Part shown: positions 58,287 to 64,000 of the stretch, one piece after another | Layout: each line of letters starts with the position of its first letter | Position numbering within the stretch: position 1 is the stretch's first letter | NCBI GenBank assembly: GCA_947246015.1 | Contig: CAMXQE010000007.1 | Coordinates: 16,171-80,170 of the forward strand | Reading direction: 5' to 3' | Length of the DNA stretch: 64,000 nucleotides | Source of the DNA: an uncultured Lachnospiraceae bacterium | Lineage (GTDB): Bacteria > Bacillota > Clostridia > Lachnospirales > Lachnospiraceae | Made by a program: the position numbers and the translations under genes | Notes under the pieces: model-generated | Seen by the model: the letters and a program-made list of their open reading frames with translations, nothing else | Told to the model about the DNA's origin: nothing | Database searches by the model: none

Positions 58287-59294
58287 TTATTTGTTTTTCT
58301 TCTTCCATTTAGAGATTGTTAAATAAAGCAAGAACCAAACAATGCAATGCGCCATAAGGATAAGTATATCCTTTGTAATCATTTGTTCAGTGCCGCTTGC
58401 TAAAATCATAATTCCTTCAAAAGCTGCATTAGACGGAATAAGATTGCAGAATATCAAAGCCAAACCGTCTGCTCCCAGCAAATAGGATAGCAATGGTACG
58501 GCGATAAATACTATCAGCACTACTTTGATATAAACAACTCCGACCATAAGGTTTTCCGCAAATTCCCCTATAAACAATCCGGTTAATGCGGCTGTAAATG
58601 ACGAAAGAATAATCAGTATCAACATAAAAAACGCACTTTGGATGGATAACCGGAAACATATACAGACTGTGAAGATGGCAGACAAACCTCCGCAGACAAA
58701 GCCAACAAAAATTTTTTGAATGATATACTGGCTATGTGTCATTGGCAATATTTGATTTACCAGTGCAATGCCGCTTTCCTTTTCTTCTATGATGTTCACT
58801 GCGTTAAAGGTACATCCCATAAACATGGCAACAATCAGCGTTGCGGCAATAAATATATTTTGAAAACTATCCATTGGATCGGGACGCTCTAAAATCGTAA
58901 CCATTATTTCTTCTGCGTTTTCACAATCCCTGTATAATGCCGGAAGTGTATCTGCCGTTTGACACCACAAATCCATTTCATCGCCGGACAGCATCGTTTT
59001 AATACCGTTGCTGTCAGCTTCTACGCCTATATAGTTTGTAGAGGGATCATTGACGGCAGCAATCAAATCCTCCTGCGTTTTATATTCGGTTACAGAGCCA
59101 TATCCTTCTAACCATGAGATAGCCCCGGCAGGCAAATTATCTTGTACTATACCAAAGTGAAATTCACTTAGAGTGGAAAAATCAATAGTTCCGACAAAAT
59201 TTAAGATAAAAGCAACTATCAGCGGTAAAAGAAAAGACATGATACAAAATTTGTCTTTCCGAACACTTTTTAGCTGGTAAATTAATCCTCCCAT
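58287..59294 (-). CDS. ABC-2 type permease
   Basis: EEKESG motif, TM helices, extracellular loop. Confidence 0.85.
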   Translation of the reverse strand: MGGLIYQLKSVRKDKFCIMSFLLPLIVAFILNFVGTIDFSTLSEFHFGIVQDNLPAGAISWLEGYGSVTEYKTQEDLIAAVNDPSTNYIGVEADSNGIKTMLSGDEMDLWCQTADTLPALYRDCENAEEIMVTILERPDPMDSFQNIFIAATLIVAMFMGCTFNAVNIIEEKESGIALVNQILPMTHSQYIIQKIFVGFVCGGLSAIFTVCICFRLSIQSAFFMLILIILSSFTAALTGLFIGEFAENLMVGVVYIKVVLIVFIAVPLLSYLLGADGLALIFCNLIPSNAAFEGIMILASGTEQMITKDILILMAHCIVWFLLYLTISKWKKKNK

Positions 59295-59296
59295 TG

Positions 59297-60292
59297 TCAG
59301 CCCTCCTTTCCCATTTCTTTACGGAATGCAATTTGAATGATTATAAATAGGGCGGCAATTCCACAAGCAGAGCAAATGTAATAAACAGGGTCAGTTATAG
59401 GTGTTCCAAAATAAGCATTTTTCAATCCCATATAAATTTGATAAAACGGATGCCAACCTATCCATGCCATTTTTATAGAAGTATTCGCTGTCAAAAATAC
59501 GGGTGTAGCTGCAAAAATGGCAATTACCAAATAAGCAAGTGAAAATTGTTTGAAATCATTTAACACCATCGTACAACCAAAACCTGCCAATGCCATAATA
59601 AGGGACAAAATTGCTGTCTGCACTAATACAGCGGGTAAAATATGGATTGTATCAGCAATCCCTATATTGAATACAGTCATCAATGCAGCAAATATTAAGT
59701 CTGATAATAAAAAAATAATAATCTTCGATAAGATAAACAGGCTTTTTTTCAAGGGAAGGACAGCATGAATGCGAATAACTCCCATTTGCTTTTCTTTGAA
59801 CAGAACAGAAGCAATCCCTAAAAATCCAACGGCAACAATCTCAATAAATAGCAGTTCGCAAGTTATTTCTTTCCGCTGTTTTAATTCGGGTGTATTTTTC
59901 CCTACTGTTTTAGCTGTATATCCGTTATCCGGGTACAAGAGTGAGCGTGCATAGTCAGCCCGGTGCCTGTCAACCTTTTCACTCCCATAATAAAGAATAA
60001 TATTGGGCGTACCGGAACTGGCATCTATCCCTACGCCGGTTGTATCTGTAGCAAGAGCCTGCTCTAATTCTTCCAATGATGTTACAGGATAAATCAAGTC
60101 AGACACTTGCGTCTGTGTACCTTGTGGATCATACAAATATACATGGTACAATTCGGCGTTCATAAATTTTATATAACCGAAGTTAATAAATAGTGTGTAA
60201 AGGAGAAAAGAGCCAAAGGCAAGCAGAAAAAATTTTCCGGCTATCATCATTTGACAGTCTTTTTTGAATAGGGAGCAAAAGTTTTTCCACAT
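59297..60292 (-). CDS. ABC-2 type permease
   Basis: KEKQMG motif, TM helices. Confidence 0.85.
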   Translation of the reverse strand: MWKNFCSLFKKDCQMMIAGKFFLLAFGSFLLYTLFINFGYIKFMNAELYHVYLYDPQGTQTQVSDLIYPVTSLEELEQALATDTTGVGIDASSGTPNIILYYGSEKVDRHRADYARSLLYPDNGYTAKTVGKNTPELKQRKEITCELLFIEIVAVGFLGIASVLFKEKQMGVIRIHAVLPLKKSLFILSKIIIFLLSDLIFAALMTVFNIGIADTIHILPAVLVQTAILSLIMALAGFGCTMVLNDFKQFSLAYLVIAIFAATPVFLTANTSIKMAWIGWHPFYQIYMGLKNAYFGTPITDPVYYICSACGIAALFIIIQIAFRKEMGKEG

Positions 60293-61140
60293 CAGGACAG
60301 CCCCCTTCCCGTATATTGGATAAACATATCCTCTAAAGTCGGTTCTTCCGAATGGACACTGATAATTTCATCATGCGGAAAAGGAATACCAGCTTCTAAT
60401 TCCGGTGTTTCGATTGTTTTTTCTCCCCTCTTACCTTGATACAAGTAACAGATTGTAACACGCTGATTGCTGTTTTTTTCTTTCAGTTTTTTCGGTGTGT
60501 CCAATGCTGCAATGTTCCCGTTTGAAATAAATGCGACTCTGTCACATAACAAGTCGGCATCCAGCATATTGTGTGTGGTTAAAAATACTGTAGTACCTTT
60601 CCCTCGTTCTTCCTCTATGATCTTGCGGAACAAAACCGCGCCGGACGGGTCAAGTCCGCTGGTTGGTTCGTCCAAAAATAACAGTTTAGGATTGCTTATA
60701 AGCGCTCTTGCCATACTTACACGCTGCCGCATACCTTTTGAGTAAGAAGAAACTGGTTTCCTAAGAAAGTCACGCTTAAATTCCAATGCTTCCAGCAATT
60801 CTTCAATATCCCGTAATTGCCCTGCGGGATAAAATGAGGAAAAATATTTGAGGTTATCAATAGCACTCAGGTTTGCATAGAGATAGGGAAATTCAAATAA
60901 AACACCTATCTTCTGAAAAAAATCCTGTGTATGCGCTGTAGCAATATCCCTTCCAAATAGTGATACTTTGCCGCCGTGTCCTTTCAAAATCCCTGTAAGG
61001 ATTTTTTGCGTTGTGGATTTGCCGGAACCATTGGGCCCCAAAAATCCAAAAATTTCGCCGTCCCCTACTGTAAAATCTAAGCCGTGCAATGCCTGCTTAT
61101 CTTTACCATAAGAGAAAGTCAGATTTTTGACTTCAATCAT
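60292..61140 (-). CDS. ABC transporter ATP-binding protein
   Basis: GPNGSGKS, YSKGMRQR, LFLDEPTSGLDP. Confidence 0.95.
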   Translation of the reverse strand: MIEVKNLTFSYGKDKQALHGLDFTVGDGEIFGFLGPNGSGKSTTQKILTGILKGHGGKVSLFGRDIATAHTQDFFQKIGVLFEFPYLYANLSAIDNLKYFSSFYPAGQLRDIEELLEALEFKRDFLRKPVSSYSKGMRQRVSMARALISNPKLLFLDEPTSGLDPSGAVLFRKIIEEERGKGTTVFLTTHNMLDADLLCDRVAFISNGNIAALDTPKKLKEKNSNQRVTICYLYQGKRGEKTIETPELEAGIPFPHDEIISVHSEEPTLEDMFIQYTGRGLS

Positions 61141-61292
61141 TCATCATCCCCCCATTTCCCATGCCTGCTGTTTTTCTTTTCCTGTTGACGTTTGCTCCAC
61201 CATTTCATAAACTTGATTTTGAAGGGGATAGCGATTATTACCGCTACCACAATCAACAGCCACCAATACCATTCCAAATCTAAAAATGTCAT
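61137..61292 (-). CDS. 51-aa single-TM protein heading the ABC operon (absent from the ORF track)
   Basis: RBS AAAGGAGG; MTFLDLEWYWWLLIVVAVIIAIPFKIKFMKWW...GDDE*; stop overlaps the ATPase ATG (ATGA). Confidence 0.75.
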   Translation of the reverse strand: MTFLDLEWYWWLLIVVAVIIAIPFKIKFMKWWSKRQQEKKNSRHGKWGDDE

Positions 61293-61353
61293 AAATAGTC
61301 CTCCTTTGTTTTGGGTTTCCTGCCCTTTAGTGATATGACTTTAAGAAAATGAG

Positions 61354-61392
61354 GTGAAGTTGGTGTGAGGTAGATGTGAAGTTGATGTGAAA
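61354..61392. promoter_or_regulatory. Four direct repeats at 11-bp period; probable OmpR-family binding site
   Basis: GTGAAG/GTGAGG/GTGAAG/GTGAAA at 61354, 61365, 61376, 61387. Confidence 0.7.
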
Positions 61393-61451
61393 TAAAAATG
61401 GTACTGCTTCCAATTATAGAAAGCAGAACCATAAAAAGTGAGAATAACGTC

Positions 61452-62528
61452 TTATTTAACTGTAGGAATGGAAAAGTAAAATTGAACACCGTCTGTAAGA
61501 TTTTTAACACCATAGTTCAATTCTTGCATAGATAGAACTTGTGCAACAATCGCAAGTCCCAGCCCGGAACCTCTGTATGCCGAACGATTATCACGGTAAA
61601 ATTTCTCCCATATCTTCTCCAGATTTTCTTGTGGGATAAGGCAGCCTTGATTATATACGGAAAAATACAATTCCCCCCTTTTATCTATAAGGCATAATTT
61701 CAAGATACCTCCCGGTTGTATGTTTTTTTTTGCATTAATAATGAGATTGTTTAAGACTTGCTCCATTCGCAGTCTGTCTGTATGGACAAAAACTTTATAG
61801 TCGGGAAGCTCATATTGCAATTCAAAATTAACGTCCGGCGTATCAATCAGTAACCGTCCGGCAACTGTTTCTAAAAGTTCAACAAAGTCAAAGCGTTCGG
61901 GGGAAAGCTGAACAGCCCCGGTTTCTAATGCAGACAAATCTAACAGAGTAGTAATCAGATTATTCATTCGTTCTGTTTCCGATATGATTATTTCTGCATA
62001 TCTTTGTTTTTTTATTTCATCTTCTTCGTCCTGATACCCTTCCGCGTAAGCTCTTATGATTCCTAAAGGGGTTTTCATTTCATGGGATAAACTATCTACT
62101 AATTCTTTACGCTCTGCTAACAATATGCGTTCCTGCCCGACATCTTTTTCAAGCTGGTTATTTGCCTCCTCTAACTTTATAAGAGCTTTTTGTAAATTTT
62201 CAGCCATAATATTAAGATTTTTAGAAAGTCGTCCAAATTCATCATTCGTCATAACATCACAGGTCGAAGAAAAATCTAAATCAGCCATTCTTTTTGCTGC
62301 TTGTTCTAATTTAGCAATAGGTTTGGAAATAAAGCAGCTCATTAATAAATCAACAGCAAAAATCAGCAGCACCACAAAAACAGTCCAAATAGAAAGTGAA
62401 ATGTTTGGTGAAAATGGTAGTTTGGTCGAAAGTATATATGAAATAATAAGAACAGCACCTATAACTTTAGATGTTAAAAGTATTTTTTTCCGTATGGGAT
62501 GAACGCTCAAAGTATCATTATTTTTCAT
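61452..62528 (-). CDS. HAMP-domain sensor histidine kinase
   Basis: LSHEMKTPL H-box, QVLNNLIINA N-box, GSGLGLAIV G-box. Confidence 0.95.
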   Translation of the reverse strand: MKNNDTLSVHPIRKKILLTSKVIGAVLIISYILSTKLPFSPNISLSIWTVFVVLLIFAVDLLMSCFISKPIAKLEQAAKRMADLDFSSTCDVMTNDEFGRLSKNLNIMAENLQKALIKLEEANNQLEKDVGQERILLAERKELVDSLSHEMKTPLGIIRAYAEGYQDEEDEIKKQRYAEIIISETERMNNLITTLLDLSALETGAVQLSPERFDFVELLETVAGRLLIDTPDVNFELQYELPDYKVFVHTDRLRMEQVLNNLIINAKKNIQPGGILKLCLIDKRGELYFSVYNQGCLIPQENLEKIWEKFYRDNRSAYRGSGLGLAIVAQVLSMQELNYGVKNLTDGVQFYFSIPTVK

Positions 62529-63193
62529 ACTGTCACCTCTAATTTATAGCCGGAGCGGATAAGCGTTACAATATGCTTCCCTTCACTTCCCAACTTTTGC
62601 CGCAATGTTTTGATATGGGTATCTACAGTACGGGTAGTTCCCTCAAAATCATATCCCCAGATTCTGTTTAGCAACTGTTCGCGGGTAAAAATCTGTCCGG
62701 GGTTCATCATAAAAAAATAAAGCAGTTCGTATTCTTTGTGAGTAAGGTTAATTTCCTGCCCGTCTAAAAACACTTTATGTGAGGACGGCATAACGGAAAT
62801 TTTTCCTATACTCAATGTTTCTAATGGTTCAGCGGAAGAACGGCGGAGAAGCGCATTAACTTTAGCCAATAAGACCTTCGGACTGAAAGGCTTTGTCGTG
62901 TAATCGTCAGCACCATATTCATACCCCTTTAATTTGTCGCTTTCTTCGCCTTTTGCTGTCAGCATGATAATAGGCATATTACTCATTTCCCGTGCCATTT
63001 TACAAACAGTAAACCCGTCCATGTGGGGCATCATAATATCCAATATCATTAAGTCCATTGGATTGTTTTTCAATATCATTAAAGCATCTATCCCGTCGTC
63101 AGCAGTAAAACAGGTATGTCCGCCTTTTTTTATATACTCGACAATAATATCCTGCATATTTTTTTCATCTTCTACAATTAAAATGTTTGCCAT
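62525..63193 (-). CDS. OmpR/PhoB-family response regulator
   Basis: ILIVEDE, LDIMMP, MLTAK, KPFS, RTVDTHIKTLRQKL. Confidence 0.96.
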   Translation of the reverse strand: MANILIVEDEKNMQDIIVEYIKKGGHTCFTADDGIDALMILKNNPMDLMILDIMMPHMDGFTVCKMAREMSNMPIIMLTAKGEESDKLKGYEYGADDYTTKPFSPKVLLAKVNALLRRSSAEPLETLSIGKISVMPSSHKVFLDGQEINLTHKEYELLYFFMMNPGQIFTREQLLNRIWGYDFEGTTRTVDTHIKTLRQKLGSEGKHIVTLIRSGYKLEVTV

Positions 63194-63406
63194 GAAATGA
63201 TTCCTTTCAATTAAATTTGCGCCGTTTGTCTGTCGGCTTCTCTGCGTCCTTTGGTATCACCCTTTCCCTAATCTGTGTCAGTCTAATTATATGCGTCCAG
63301 CTGAATGGCTTCAAGTGATATTCACAAATGACAGGAATTATTTTGACTAATTAGCAGAAATGTGCAGGCATATTAAAAAAGAAAGGTAAACAGTAAAGTG
63401 TAACAA

Positions 63407-63520
63407 CGCCGCGTAAACGCGATGGGGAACGCCTATAAAGAAGATATAGAAGAAATCAAAGGGGGTGCTTGCGGAAATATGGCGGTTACAAAGATTAAGC
63501 CTATTAAAAGCACTCTAAGG
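63407..63520 (+). pseudogene. Remnant of mobC 3' end and relaxase 5' end
   Basis: RVNAMGNAYKEDIEEIKG/VLAEIWRLQRLSLLKAL* (frameshift at G5) overlapping ATG 63479 MAVTKIKPIKSTL. Confidence 0.65.
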
Positions 63521-63676
63521 CGGAAACGAAACATGGGCTTCCGTGATGGCGGTTTGAAAATATTGTAATTACGCTGTAAGGGTGATAAACTGATGGGGGA
63601 TAGCGTTGGAAAAACGGGAAGATGCGGATGACTGTTCCAAAGGGGACAATCATTGGGATTTGGAGGATAAACGGAA

Positions 63677-64000
63677 ATGTTAAAAACAGTAAAGGGAGAT
63701 ATTACGAAAATTACAGATGTGCAGGCCATTGTCAATGCAGCGAATACAAGTCTGCTTGGAGGCGGCGGTGTTGACGGTGCGATACACAGGGCGGCAGGAC
63801 CGAAGCTCCTGGAGGAGTGCCGGACGCTGCATGGGTGCAAAACAGGGGAAGCAAAACTGACAAAAGGCTACAATCTGCCTTGCGGTTATGTGATTCATAC
63901 CGTCGGACCCGTATGGCGCGGGGGAACGGGCGGAGAGCCGGAGAAACTCGCGTCCTGCTATTTTAATTCACTGAAAGTCGCTAAGGAGAACGGAATCCGT
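63677..64000 (+). CDS. Macrodomain protein (O-acetyl-ADP-ribose deacetylase-like), runs off the window
   Basis: [41 protein letters not shown]; RBS GGAGG. Confidence 0.9.
   Translation, partial: MLKTVKGDITKITDVQAIVNAANTSLLGGGGVDGAIHRAAGPKLLEECRTLHGCKTGEAKLTKGYNLPCGYVIHTVGPVWRGGTGGEPEKLASCYFNSLKVAKENGIR

Noticed and set aside
63677-64000. Macrodomain gene as a defence partner
   Set aside because: Typical housekeeping YmdB-like sequence, about 9 kb from the island and truncated by the window edge.
1-64000. tRNA, rRNA, cas1/cas2, integrase
   Set aside because: No sequence supporting any of these was recognised in the window.

Overview
This window is 64 kb of a Firmicute chromosome; gene content suggests Clostridia/Lachnospiraceae. 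Positions 1-36.8 kb are mostly ordinary: two GH13 and one GH31 alpha-glucosidase with AraC/LacI regulators, ABC and MATE exporters, glycerate kinase, an AAA-ATPase/PD-(D/E)XK gene, gltBD, a DUF2281/PIN toxin-antitoxin pair and an ECF sigma/anti-sigma pair. At least seven copies of a modular palindromic intergenic repeat are scattered through this part. Positions 37.0-55.7 kb form a defence island: nrdG-nrdD (class III RNR without ATP-cone), CRISPR array 1, a Gly-rich membrane protein, a CARF-HEPN effector, a small ring-nuclease-like gene, cas6, a type III-D(v)-like effector module (cas10, cas7-cas5-cas11, cas7-cas7, csx19, cas7-insertion), a stand-alone CARF protein, an uncharacterised 397-aa protein resembling a sigma-70-family factor, CRISPR array 2 and decayed remnants. 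There is no cas1/cas2 in the window. The best candidate for a new system is the CARF + sigma-like gene pair at the end of the cas operon. A 58-bp promoter-like motif occurs, ungapped, upstream of both nrdGD and the membrane-protein gene, which suggests a cyclic-oligoadenylate-controlled transcriptional response. The right end holds an LRR protein, an IS4-type MITE with a 10-bp TSD, a low-GC two-component/ABC cassette beside a mobC/relaxase scar, and the start of a macrodomain gene. All protein calls come from motif recognition by eye; no searches were run.
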